A stretch of DNA of 64,000 bases, from positions 7,619-71,618 of the forward strand of contig JAFSAM010000073.1 in NCBI GenBank assembly GCA_017441005.1, written 5' to 3'. The stretch's first letter is position 1. Every line of letters begins with the position of its first letter. The position numbers and the translations under genes are program-made. The notes under the pieces were generated by a model. That model had not been told where the DNA came from. It saw nothing but the letters and a program-made list of their open reading frames with translations, and did no database searches. Source of the DNA: Clostridia bacterium. Its GTDB lineage: Bacteria > Bacillota > Clostridia > Oscillospirales > CAG-272. Positions 9,232-18,316 of this stretch are shown here, in pieces.

Positions 9232-10542
9232 ATGAAAAAAACTGTTGTTTGTTGTTTATTATTTCTGATCGTATTGTCTATTCTTATTCTTTCCGGATGT
9301 CAAAACTCCAAAGAAACAAAAACGGACGATGAAAGCACCGCACGTGAAACCGAAACAAATCCTGCTGAAAGCACTGCACGTGAAACCGAAACAAATCCTG
9401 CTGAAAGCACCGTACCGGAAACACCAAACGAAGATACAAAAACAAATCTCATCACCAATTTTTCCGTTTCCGCATTCAAAGAGTGCTATGATGAAAACAA
9501 TACGCTCCTCTCCCCGATTTCAATTATGTATGCTCTTACTATGACTGCCAACGGTGCAGACGGAAATACCCTTGCAGAAATGGAAAAAGTGCTCGGCAAC
9601 ACGACCGGTGAACTGAACGCAAAGCTTAAAGTTTTTTCCGAAAAACTCCCTCAGGGCGATAAATTCAGCGTTCAGATCGCAAACTCGATCTGGTTCAAGG
9701 ACAACGATTCTTTTTCGGTTTCGGAAAACTTCTTAAATACAAATAAAGAATATTACGGAGCAGAAGTATACCGTTCTTCTTTTGACAAAAAAACAATCGA
9801 CCAAATGAATGAGTGGGTAAAAGAGAAGACCAAGGGTATGATCCCCGAGATCGTAAAAGATCTCTCTCCTTCGCTTGTTATGTGCTTACTCAACACTGTG
9901 GCTTTTGAAGCAGAGTGGGCAAAACCTTACGATGGTACATACTCTGTAAGAAAAGAGGTGTTCACGACAGCGGATAATAAATCTCAAGAATGCGACTTTT
10001 TATTCAGCACCGAAGATACCTATATCAAAGACGAAAATTCTGTCGGTGTAGTTAAATACTACAATGGATACAATTATGCTTTTGTAGCGATCCTCCCGGA
10101 TGAGTCGACCTCGCTCTCGGAATACGTTTCAAACCTCACGGGCGATAAAATCAACAATATGCTCAACAATACAAAAAACGGCATAGTCCACACAAGATTA
10201 CCGAAATTCGAAATTGAATACTCGATAACAGCAAACGAAGTGTTGAAAAACATGGGAATGATCGATGCATTTGACTCCGGAAAGGCTGATTTTTCAAAAA
10301 TCGGATCAAGTTCAGACGGCAATATATACATAAGCAATATTCTCCATAAGACTTATATTGCAGTTACAGAAAAGGGAACAAAAGCCGGAGCTGTTACCTC
10401 AGTCTTTTTGGATGCGGAAATGAGTAATCCTACGCAAACAGAGATCATAAACGTTTATCTTGACCGTCCTTTCCTCTATATGATAATAGAGTGCGATTCG
10501 AACACCCCCCTCTTCATCGGTGCAGTAAACAGTATAGAATAA
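9232..10542 (+). CDS. Serpin-family protease inhibitor, predicted lipoprotein
   Basis: Signal peptide with lipobox LILSGC. The serpin core runs from NLITNFSVSAFKE to the hinge/reactive-centre loop EKGTKAGAVTSVFLDAEMS, then DRPFLYMIIE and PLFIGAVNS. RBS AGGAGGG lies before the ATG. Confidence 0.88.
   Translation: MKKTVVCCLLFLIVLSILILSGCQNSKETKTDDESTARETETNPAESTARETETNPAESTVPETPNEDTKTNLITNFSVSAFKECYDENNTLLSPISIMYALTMTANGADGNTLAEMEKVLGNTTGELNAKLKVFSEKLPQGDKFSVQIANSIWFKDNDSFSVSENFLNTNKEYYGAEVYRSSFDKKTIDQMNEWVKEKTKGMIPEIVKDLSPSLVMCLLNTVAFEAEWAKPYDGTYSVRKEVFTTADNKSQECDFLFSTEDTYIKDENSVGVVKYYNGYNYAFVAILPDESTSLSEYVSNLTGDKINNMLNNTKNGIVHTRLPKFEIEYSITANEVLKNMGMIDAFDSGKADFSKIGSSSDGNIYISNILHKTYIAVTEKGTKAGAVTSVFLDAEMSNPTQTEIINVYLDRPFLYMIIECDSNTPLFIGAVNSIE
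9331..9415 (+). repeat. 36-bp tandem direct repeat (about 2.3 copies) inside the serpin linker
   Basis: gaaagcaccgcacgtgaaaccgaaacaaatcctgct (9331-9366) is repeated at 9367-9402 with a single C/T difference, and a third partial copy follows. It encodes ESTARETETNPA x2. Confidence 0.95.
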
Positions 10543-10549
10543 TAAAATC

Positions 10550-10592
10550 GGAGTATATATACCGAAAAATTCGGCTTATATACTCCTTTTAT
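10550..10592. terminator. Long hairpin terminator between the convergent serpin and malic-enzyme genes
   Basis: GGAGTATATA (10550-10559) / TATATACTCC (10577-10586) with an inner CCGAA/TTCGG stem, then TTTT. Confidence 0.75.
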
Positions 10593-10650
10593 TTACAAAA
10601 AAATGGGATACGGATTCGATGATCCATATCCCATTATTTTTTTGTTGAAG

Positions 10651-11823
10651 TTAGATTCTTGCAACGCCTGTAGCTCTTGCAGCCTCTGCAACTGCCTTAG
10701 CAACAGTGTCTTTAACCTTTTCGTTGAAGGGCGCAGGAATGATGTAGTCTGCACAAAGCTCTTCGTCGGAAACGAGGGAAGCGATAGCCTTTGCAGCAGC
10801 GATCTTCATCTCGTCGTTGATGTCGGATGCACGAACATCAAGAGCACCTCTGAAAATACCGGGGAATGCAAGAACGTTGTTGATCTGGTTGGGGAAGTCG
10901 GAACGGCCTGTACCGATAACGGCAGCACCTGCTTCTTTAGCAAGGTCAGGCATAATTTCGGGAACGGGGTTTGCCATGGGGAAGAGAATGGGATCCTTAG
11001 CCATGGATTTAACCATCTCGGGAGTTACACAGTTAGGTGCGGAAACGCCGATAAATACATCAGCCCCTGCAAGAACGTCTGCAAGAGAGCCCTTTCTCAT
11101 CTGCTGGTTGGTGATCTCAGCAATCTCCTGCTTTTCGGAGTTAAGACCTTCACGACCCTTGTAAATAGCACCGGATCTGTCGCACATTACAACGTCCTTA
11201 AGACCCATGGAAATGAGAAGACGGATAATTGCGATACCTGCTGCACCGGCACCGCTTGTTACAACGCGTATCTCATCGATCTTCTTGCCTGTAAGCTTAA
11301 GAGCGTTAAGCATAGCAGCAAGTGTAACAACGGCTGTACCGTGCTGGTCATCGTGGAAAATCGGAATATCACATGACTTCTTAAGTCTACGCTCGATCTC
11401 AAAGCATCTGGGTGCAGAAATATCCTCGAGGTTTACGCCGCCAAAGCTTCCTGCAAGAAGTTCAACTGTCTTTACAATGTCGTCAACCTCCTTGGAACGA
11501 ACGCAAAGGGGAATTGCATCAACATCGCCGAATTCCTTGAAGAGAAGGCACTTGCCCTCCATAACCGGCATACCCGCTTCAGGACCAATATCACCGAGAC
11601 CGAGAACTGCTGTACCGTCAGTAACAACTGCAACTGTGTTCCAACGACGGGTAAGTGTGTAAGAAAGATTTACATCCTTTTGGATCGCCAAACAAGGTTC
11701 GGCAACACCGGGAGTGTATGCGATTGAGAGTGCTTCCTTGGACTTAGCTGTTGTACGGGGAGCGATTTCGATCTTGCCGCCCCATTCTTCGTGCTTTTTC
11801 ATTGCCAATTCTTTGATATCCAT
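10651..11823 (-). CDS. NAD(P)-dependent malic enzyme (oxaloacetate-decarboxylating malate dehydrogenase)
   Basis: 390-aa short-form malic enzyme: LSIAYTPGVA, VVTDGTAVLGLGDIG, FGGVNLEDI, VVTSGAGAAGIA (NAD(P) fold). Confidence 0.92.
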   Translation of the reverse strand: MDIKELAMKKHEEWGGKIEIAPRTTAKSKEALSIAYTPGVAEPCLAIQKDVNLSYTLTRRWNTVAVVTDGTAVLGLGDIGPEAGMPVMEGKCLLFKEFGDVDAIPLCVRSKEVDDIVKTVELLAGSFGGVNLEDISAPRCFEIERRLKKSCDIPIFHDDQHGTAVVTLAAMLNALKLTGKKIDEIRVVTSGAGAAGIAIIRLLISMGLKDVVMCDRSGAIYKGREGLNSEKQEIAEITNQQMRKGSLADVLAGADVFIGVSAPNCVTPEMVKSMAKDPILFPMANPVPEIMPDLAKEAGAAVIGTGRSDFPNQINNVLAFPGIFRGALDVRASDINDEMKIAAAKAIASLVSDEELCADYIIPAPFNEKVKDTVAKAVAEAARATGVARI

Positions 11824-12062
11824 AATAAAACCCTTTCAAAAAAGAAATATAAAAATAATCAATTGTATTAATTATAACATAAAAAGTACCGAATGCAATA
11901 GTCTATTGCTATTTTTTTGTCATTTTTTATTATTTTTTTAAAAAAAGCATATATTTTTTATCTGTAAATTATTTAATACTATGGTATCAATTTTCACGTT
12001 TAATTGTGTTCATTTGATTTACAATATAATGTGCATTGCAATCAAAAAAAGAGGTGATAATT

Positions 12063-12836
12063 TTGAAAAAAATACTAAAGTTAGTTTTTTTGTTTTTTAT
12101 TGTTTTATCTTTATGTTTTCCTATAAGTGCAAGAGCGGACAGCTGGAGCATCAAAAGAGAGAAAGATAATAAGCAACCTATCCTTGAGCCTGATTTCTCG
12201 TATATAACCGAATTTAACGGCTATTATCTTGACACTCATGCCGACGAAAGTGATAAAGTAATATACCTGACTTTTGATGCAGGTTATGAAAACGGTAATA
12301 TTTCAAGAATACTTGATACCTTAAAAAAGCACGATGCAAAAGCCGCTTTTTTCGTTCTCTCCCATCTTGTCACAGCAAACACTGACCTCGTCAAACGAAT
12401 GGCTGAAGACGGGCATTTTGTATGTAATCATACCGCAAAGCACCCGGACATGACTAAATACACAGATTTTCAATCTTTCAAAAAAGAGCTTGTGGATATG
12501 GAAAAGATCTACAAAGATACGATCGGTCTTGACATAAAAAAGTATTATAGACCCCCGGAAGGAAAATTCAATAAACAGAATCTTGAATTTGCCGAAAGCC
12601 TAGGATATAAGACAATATTCTGGAGTTTTGCCTATGCCGACTGGGATAACAACAAGCAACCGTCTAAAGATTATGCAATTAAGAAAATCAAGGATAACAC
12701 ACACAACGGAATGGTAGTATTGCTTCACCCAACGTCAAAAACGAATGCCGACATACTTGATACTGTTTTGACTTACTGGGAAAACGAAGGGTATAGATTC
12801 GGCACTCTTGATGAATTAACGAGAGAAAAAAGTTGA
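12063..12836 (+). CDS. PdaA-like polysaccharide deacetylase (probable delta-lactam-biosynthetic de-N-acetylase of the spore cortex)
   Basis: NodB domain with the PdaA-type first motif LTFDAGYENG (second Asp missing, as in B. subtilis PdaA FDNGYENG) and HFVCNHTAKHPDM. The ORF opens at TTG 12036. TTG 12063 follows AGAGGTG and yields a signal peptide, MKKILKLVFLFF...ISARA. Confidence 0.75.
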   Translation: MKKILKLVFLFFIVLSLCFPISARADSWSIKREKDNKQPILEPDFSYITEFNGYYLDTHADESDKVIYLTFDAGYENGNISRILDTLKKHDAKAAFFVLSHLVTANTDLVKRMAEDGHFVCNHTAKHPDMTKYTDFQSFKKELVDMEKIYKDTIGLDIKKYYRPPEGKFNKQNLEFAESLGYKTIFWSFAYADWDNNKQPSKDYAIKKIKDNTHNGMVVLLHPTSKTNADILDTVLTYWENEGYRFGTLDELTREKS

Positions 12837-13516
12837 AAAAGCTTTGTTTGACTATCGCAATACTACTGCTGCTTAATATGACAGTTAGCGCATCAGAAGA
12901 AGGAAAAATATACCGATGCGTTTCAAATGATCGTAAAATGATCTCGCTCTCTTTTGATGACGGTCCTCATCCCACCGAAACTGCGAAAATACTTTCAATA
13001 TTACGAAAATACAGCATTAAAGCAACTTTTTTTACCGTCGGAAAAAATGCCGAACTCTATCCCGATATTTTAAGGCAAATATCAGATGAAGGTCACGAAA
13101 TAGGAAATCATACCTTCTCTCATGATTTAGGCAAAAAAAGCACTTTGGACACTATAAAAGATGAGTTAAAAACAAATCATGAGATCATACTGAAGATATG
13201 CGAAAACGAACCAAAATTATTCAGACCGCCGGGTGGTGTTTTAAACCAACACACCTTAAAAGAAGCAAAAGAAATGGGATATAAAATCGTACTTTGGAAC
13301 GTCGATACAAAAGATTGGATGCACAGATCTGCAGATGAGATCACCGAAACTGTTTTATCTGATGTAAAAAGCGGTTCGATAATCTTGATGCATGACTATA
13401 TTTCAGGTAACACAAATACTGCCGAGGCTCTTGAACGTATCATACCTCTTCTTTTAAAGGAAGGGTACTGCTTTTTGACCGTAGGACAACTGATCCAATG
13501 CAATGAATCACTATAA
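12833..13516 (+). CDS. Polysaccharide deacetylase family protein (canonical NodB domain), secreted
   Basis: Signal peptide, then SFDDGPHP, HEIGNHTFSH and LFRPPGG NodB motifs. The TTG start overlaps the upstream stop by 4 nt. Confidence 0.85.
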   Translation: MKKLCLTIAILLLLNMTVSASEEGKIYRCVSNDRKMISLSFDDGPHPTETAKILSILRKYSIKATFFTVGKNAELYPDILRQISDEGHEIGNHTFSHDLGKKSTLDTIKDELKTNHEIILKICENEPKLFRPPGGVLNQHTLKEAKEMGYKIVLWNVDTKDWMHRSADEITETVLSDVKSGSIILMHDYISGNTNTAEALERIIPLLLKEGYCFLTVGQLIQCNESL

Positions 13517-13528
13517 TTAAAAAAGTCA

Positions 13529-13559
13529 AAACCTCCTTTTTTAGGAGGTTTGATTTTTT
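13529..13559 (+). terminator. Intrinsic terminator after the deacetylase pair
   Basis: AAACCTCC (13529-13536) / GGAGGTTT (13544-13551) stem, then gaTTTTTT. Confidence 0.75.
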
Positions 13560-13627
13560 ATATCAAGTTAAAAGAATATATTTGTTTTTCAAATGCATAT
13601 ATTGTAACAATAATAAATCTTAGCGAG

Positions 13628-14794
13628 GTGACAGTTATAAAAAACAAGCTTACCAAAACCCTTTTGCTTACACTATGTTTTTGTCTGATATTTCCGTTTT
13701 CACAGGTGCATGCAGAAGAATCAAACGAACAACCAACACTGAATCTGGATTGCCAGAGCGCGATCCTTATGGAAGCATCTACAGGAGCTATACTATACGA
13801 GCAAAATGCCGACGCAGCCCTTCCTCCGGCTTCCGTAACAAAAATAATGACTCTTTTGCTTGTTATGGAAGCAATAGACAGCGGAACTATTAATATGTCA
13901 GACACGCTTCAGGCAAGCGAATATGCGGCTTCTATGGGAGGATCACAGGTTTTCATTGAACCGGGAGAAACCATGACCGTCGAAGACCTTTTAAAGTCGG
14001 TTGTTATTTCGTCTGCAAACGATGCGGCAGTTGTATTTGCCGAAAACATTGCAGGAAGCGTCGAAGGATTCGTAGATAAAATGAATGCCCGCGCAAAAGA
14101 ACTAAATATGATGAATACGGTATTTGAAAATCCTACCGGACTTGACGATAATACCGTAAAGCACGTGACAAGCGCACGGGATATTGCAATCATGTCGCGA
14201 GAGCTTTTGAAGCACAAAACGATTTTAAATTATACGAATATCTGGATGGATACAATAAGAAACGGTGCATTTGGTCTGACAAACACCAATCGGCTTATTA
14301 GATTCTATAAGGGTGCTACCGGTCTAAAAACAGGCTCAACCTCTAAAGCGAAGTTTTGTATTTCCGCTACGGCAGAACGTGACGGAATGCATCTTATTGC
14401 AGTAATTATGGCATCTCCCACAAGAGACATACGAAATGAGTGCGCAAAAAAACTTTTGGACTACGGATTTGCAAACTATTCGATCGCAAATTTCGAAGAG
14501 GGAAGTGCCGGAAACGTCAAGGTGATAGGCGGTGTAAAAAACAACGTAACTACGTACTACCCGTCACTGTCCTTACTCACAGGAAAAGGCCTTAACAAGC
14601 AAATCGAAACTATAATCAACTTGCCCGAAAGCATACCTGCTCCCATTTCGGCAGGAAGCAAAATCGGCGAAATCACATACATGCTTAACGGAACTGTAAT
14701 AGGAAAAGTAGACATAACCGCCGGTGAAAGCATAAACAGAATATCCTATATCGGTATCATTGGAAGAATTTTCAAAAAATATTTGATTATTTGA
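13628..14794 (+). CDS. D-alanyl-D-alanine carboxypeptidase (S11 family, DacB/DacF-like)
   Basis: SxxK (PPASVTKIMT), SxN (SSANDAA) and KTG (LKTGST) motifs plus a signal peptide. The ORF-track start at 13550 lies inside the preceding terminator, so GTG 13628 is a more plausible start (uncertain). Confidence 0.88.
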   Translation: MTVIKNKLTKTLLLTLCFCLIFPFSQVHAEESNEQPTLNLDCQSAILMEASTGAILYEQNADAALPPASVTKIMTLLLVMEAIDSGTINMSDTLQASEYAASMGGSQVFIEPGETMTVEDLLKSVVISSANDAAVVFAENIAGSVEGFVDKMNARAKELNMMNTVFENPTGLDDNTVKHVTSARDIAIMSRELLKHKTILNYTNIWMDTIRNGAFGLTNTNRLIRFYKGATGLKTGSTSKAKFCISATAERDGMHLIAVIMASPTRDIRNECAKKLLDYGFANYSIANFEEGSAGNVKVIGGVKNNVTTYYPSLSLLTGKGLNKQIETIINLPESIPAPISAGSKIGEITYMLNGTVIGKVDITAGESINRISYIGIIGRIFKKYLII

Positions 14795-14862
14795 AAAAAA
14801 CTATTGAAAAAAGATAAGAATAATAGTAAAATAACTGTATCTATTTCTTGGAGGAAAAACAA

Positions 14863-16203
14863 ATGCTTAAACTGAATGACAAATACTTGAAGGGGTTTGT
14901 AACTGAAGAAGAACTAAAGATGATACAGCCCGAGGTTACAAAAGCCGACGACACTCTTATGAACAAAAAGGGCGCGGGAAGCGACTTTTTAGGTTGGGTT
15001 GACCTTCCTGTTGATTATGATAAAGAAGAGTTTGACAGAATTATAGCTGCAGCTGAAAAGATCAAAAAATCGTGCGATATCCTTGTTGTTATCGGAATCG
15101 GCGGTTCTTATCTCGGCGCACGTGCCGCAATTGAATTCGTAAAGAGCCCTCTCTATAATACACTCCCCAAAGATACTCCCGATATATACTTTGCGGGAAA
15201 CAGCATCAGCTCATCCGCTATGGCAGAGCTTCTTCAGATATGCGAGGGCAAGGATATTTGTATAAATGTAATTTCCAAGTCCGGTAAAACCACAGAGCCC
15301 GCAATAGCCTTCAGAATCTTCAGAAAGCTTCTTGAAGAAAAGTACGGCGAAGAGGGAGCAAAGGACAGAATCTTCATCACTACAGACAAAGCCAAGGGTA
15401 AGCTCAAGGAGCTTTCCGACGAAAAAGGTTACGAGACTTTCGTTGTTCCCGACGACGTAGGCGGAAGATACTCTGTTTTGACAGCAGTAGGACTTCTTCC
15501 CATTGCCGTATCCGGTGCCGACATTACCGCAATGATGCAAGGCGCTGCTGATGCAAGAAAAGCATTCTGCGAAACTGATATCAACAAAAACGATTGCTAC
15601 AAATATGCCGCTATCAGAAACATTCTTTACCGCAAGGGCAAGAAGATAGAGGTTTTTGAAACCTACGAAAGCGCATTGCAGATGACTACCGAATGGTGGA
15701 AGCAGCTCTACGGCGAAAGCGAAGGCAAGGACAACAAGGGAATTTTCCCGACATCCGTTACTTTCTCGACGGACCTTCATTCCCTCGGCCAGATCATCCA
15801 GGAAGGAGAGAGAACCCTCTTCGGTACCATCATCGACGTAAAAGAATCAAAGCACACTGTTGTGATTCCGGATGACCCCAGAAACCTTGATGAGCTTAAC
15901 TTCATAAGCAATAAAACAATGGACTTTGTAAACCACACTGCATTTGTTGCAACAGCACTTGCTCACAATGACGGAGGAGTTCCCAACATTGTTATTGAAA
16001 TCGACAGAAGAGATGAATACAACTTCGGTTATCTCGTATACTTCTTCGAAAAAGCTTGCGGTATTTCCGGATACATTCTTGACGTTAACCCCTTCGACCA
16101 GCCCGGTGTGGAAGGCTACAAGAATAATATGTATGCGCTCCTCGGCAAGCCCGGTGCTGAGCACGACAAACGCCGCGAAGAGTTAAAGTCAAGAATTAAT
16201 TAA
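14863..16203 (+). CDS. pgi: Glucose-6-phosphate isomerase
   Basis: Firmicute-type Pgi of about 446 aa: [46 protein letters not shown] 14863 lies 8 nt after GGAGG. Confidence 0.95.
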   Translation: MLKLNDKYLKGFVTEEELKMIQPEVTKADDTLMNKKGAGSDFLGWVDLPVDYDKEEFDRIIAAAEKIKKSCDILVVIGIGGSYLGARAAIEFVKSPLYNTLPKDTPDIYFAGNSISSSAMAELLQICEGKDICINVISKSGKTTEPAIAFRIFRKLLEEKYGEEGAKDRIFITTDKAKGKLKELSDEKGYETFVVPDDVGGRYSVLTAVGLLPIAVSGADITAMMQGAADARKAFCETDINKNDCYKYAAIRNILYRKGKKIEVFETYESALQMTTEWWKQLYGESEGKDNKGIFPTSVTFSTDLHSLGQIIQEGERTLFGTIIDVKESKHTVVIPDDPRNLDELNFISNKTMDFVNHTAFVATALAHNDGGVPNIVIEIDRRDEYNFGYLVYFFEKACGISGYILDVNPFDQPGVEGYKNNMYALLGKPGAEHDKRREELKSRIN

Positions 16204-16220
16204 AAATTTTGGTTAACTAC

Positions 16221-16249
16221 TTGAAAATATAACATTCTTGTTGTATAAT
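16221..16249 (+). promoter_or_regulatory. Sigma-A-type promoter driving a leader of about 110 nt and the small P-loop gene
   Basis: TTGAAA (16221-16226), 17-nt spacer, TATAAT (16244-16249). Confidence 0.55.
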
Positions 16250-16367
16250 AAAGACAGAAACTGATTTCTTGGTTTTGATGCTTTTATAAGAGTACGCGGA
16301 AAACGGTGACTTTCCGCTTGAACTCTCACAAAAAATAATCCACAGTCACCGGGAAAATGGAGTAAAT

Positions 16368-16778
16368 ATGTTGAAATTAATCATTGGCGTTAAAGGCACA
16401 GGCAAAACAAAGACTCTCATTAATATGGCAAACAGTGCACTCGAAACCGTTAAGGGTTGTGTAGTTGTTATAGAAAAGGGTACAAAGCTTACCCATGAAA
16501 TAAAGAACAAAGCAAGACTTGTAAATACAGAAGAATACGGAATCAACGATGCGCACATGCTTTACGGCTTTGTTGCAGGTATGTATGCAAGCAACTATGA
16601 CGTTTCCAATATCTTCATCGATTCTGCACTTAAGATCTGCGACAACGATACAGATGAGTTTGTAAAATTCGTTCAGAAGGTTGACAAAATGTGCACAGAT
16701 CATAGAATTGAACTCGTTATGACTTCTTCTATTCCCGTCGAGGAAGTTCCCGAAGCTCTTAAGGGTTACATCGCATAA
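16368..16778 (+). CDS. Small stand-alone P-loop NTPase-like protein (136 aa), function unknown
   Basis: Walker A GVKGTGKT at residues 7-14, and a candidate Walker B NIFIDSA. GGAG RBS lies 5-6 nt before the ATG. Confidence 0.7.
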   Translation: MLKLIIGVKGTGKTKTLINMANSALETVKGCVVVIEKGTKLTHEIKNKARLVNTEEYGINDAHMLYGFVAGMYASNYDVSNIFIDSALKICDNDTDEFVKFVQKVDKMCTDHRIELVMTSSIPVEEVPEALKGYIA

Positions 16779-16799
16779 ACAAACAAAACATACAATAAT

Positions 16800-16830
16800 A
16801 AGCTCGGTTAAACACCGAGCTTAATTTTTG
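16800..16830. terminator. Bidirectional terminator shared by the P-loop gene and the convergent flippase gene
   Basis: AAGCTCGGT (16800-16808) / ACCGAGCTT (16814-16822) stem, then aaTTTTT. It overlaps the stop codon of the minus-strand gene. Confidence 0.7.
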
Positions 16831-18316
16831 TTTTATGAAACAGTATAATCAAATATACTCCCGCAGTACATGCAATACGAAAAGCTAAATTCAAGCCCGA
16901 CCCCCAAAACGTAATATTGAAATTATTAAACAAAAATACTACTAAACCAATCGATACTATAGCAGAGATTATGGGTTTTACAACAAATTTTGAAATAGAA
17001 ATGCCGGGACTGCATATTTTTACAAGCCTTATTAAAGACATCGAGCAGTTAAATATCTCACTTACAAACACTGCTATTATGTAACCCTTAACGCCAAGAA
17101 GAGGGACAAGATAATACACAAGCAAAACACTGATTAATGCATCAGCAATATTTATCTTCATTGAATGTAGTTGTTCGTTAAGCCCTTTTAAGATGCCGTC
17201 GATCGCCCCATCAAGATACATCACAGTCACCAGAGGTGCAAAAAGCCAAATATACTCGTATGCCTCGGAAGAATTATAAAATATCATACTCAACTCGTAT
17301 GAATAGCACATCAATATACCGGCGACTCCAATTGAAAAATATAAGGCGTATTTAATAACGTTTGAAACGGCTTTATTGATTTTTTCATATTCTTGTCTCT
17401 CTTTCATTGCAGCTATCTCGGGTACTAACAAACCGGAAAAAGAGTAAATAATGCAAGAGGGAAATAGAATTAACGGCAAAACCATCCCCTGTACTATACC
17501 GTACGTGGACATAGAGAGAGAATACGAAGCCCCATTTTTACGTAAACCAAACGGTATAAGCAAATGTTCAACGGTTACAAGTCCCGACCTTATATATGTA
17601 CTTAATGCAAGCGGAAGAGATATTCCGGCAAGCTTTTTACTAATACCGGAACAAGGCTTTTCTTTTTTATCCAAGATTTTTCTGTAATCAAAATACAATA
17701 AGATCAAGTTAAAGACGAGCGCGCCAAACTCTGATATGATCGTTCCCAGCGCAACTCCGACACACGCATATTCCACACTTTTAAAAGGATACAAAGAGAC
17801 AAGCCTTACGGTAACCGTTATGCGAACAAACTGCTCGCTTATCATTACAAGTGAATTTTTATATACTCGGCGCATCGCAGAAAAATAGCCGCTAAAAACT
17901 GACGATAATGATATAAAGGGCAGAGCTAAAGCCAACATTCTGAGAGACTTTACTGTTCTTGTATCCTTCAAAAACACTGTTCCGATGTATTCTGCACCGC
18001 AAAAAAGCGAAATGCAAGCAATGCCGGAAAACAGGAGAGAATAACAAACACATACTCTGACGGATTTTTTTATTTCTTTGTAGTTGTCTTTAGCCAATGC
18101 CTCTGAAACAAGCCTTGTTGCACCGAGATTTATGCCCGAGCAAGCAAAAGTAACCCCAAATCCGAAAACTGATTGAACAAGGCTATACACTCCCATCCCC
18201 TCAGCGCCAACCGCGTTCGATATGTATGTATTAAAGATTATACCGACCAATCTCAAAAAGAGGGAAGTGGCAGTTAAAATAATTCCGTTTTTCAAAAAAA
18301 CTTTAAAGGTTTTCAT
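16808..18316 (-). CDS. MOP-superfamily flippase, SpoVB/MurJ-like (stage V sporulation protein B candidate)
   Basis: 502 aa with about 14 TM helices; polysaccharide-biosynthesis/MurJ-like N-terminus (LKNGIILTATSLFLRLVGIIFNTYISNAVGAEGMGVY). I cannot separate SpoVB from MurJ by eye. Confidence 0.75.
   Translation of the reverse strand: MKTFKVFLKNGIILTATSLFLRLVGIIFNTYISNAVGAEGMGVYSLVQSVFGFGVTFACSGINLGATRLVSEALAKDNYKEIKKSVRVCVCYSLLFSGIACISLFCGAEYIGTVFLKDTRTVKSLRMLALALPFISLSSVFSGYFSAMRRVYKNSLVMISEQFVRITVTVRLVSLYPFKSVEYACVGVALGTIISEFGALVFNLILLYFDYRKILDKKEKPCSGISKKLAGISLPLALSTYIRSGLVTVEHLLIPFGLRKNGASYSLSMSTYGIVQGMVLPLILFPSCIIYSFSGLLVPEIAAMKERQEYEKINKAVSNVIKYALYFSIGVAGILMCYSYELSMIFYNSSEAYEYIWLFAPLVTVMYLDGAIDGILKGLNEQLHSMKINIADALISVLLVYYLVPLLGVKGYIIAVFVSEIFNCSMSLIRLVKICSPGISISKFVVKPIISAIVSIGLVVFLFNNFNITFWGSGLNLAFRIACTAGVYLIILFHKTKIKLGV

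Noticed and set aside
10603-11376. 257-aa Cys-rich plus-strand ORF
   Set aside because: It lies entirely antisense to the strongly supported malic-enzyme gene (10651-11823). It has low-complexity composition, no RBS, and is a mirror-frame artefact of a codon-biased gene.
11824-12062. GCAATA-gtc-TATTGC hairpin plus T-run (about 11896-11918) in the malic enzyme / pdaA-like intergenic region
   Set aside because: The stem is short (6 bp) and no plus-strand gene ends upstream of it. The region is generally A/T-homopolymer rich, so the hairpin is probably incidental.
13550-13627. ORF-track start of the carboxypeptidase at TTG 13550
   Set aside because: That codon lies inside the terminator hairpin and T-run of the preceding gene. 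The encoded N-terminal extension is not signal-peptide-like, whereas the segment from about 13628 is.
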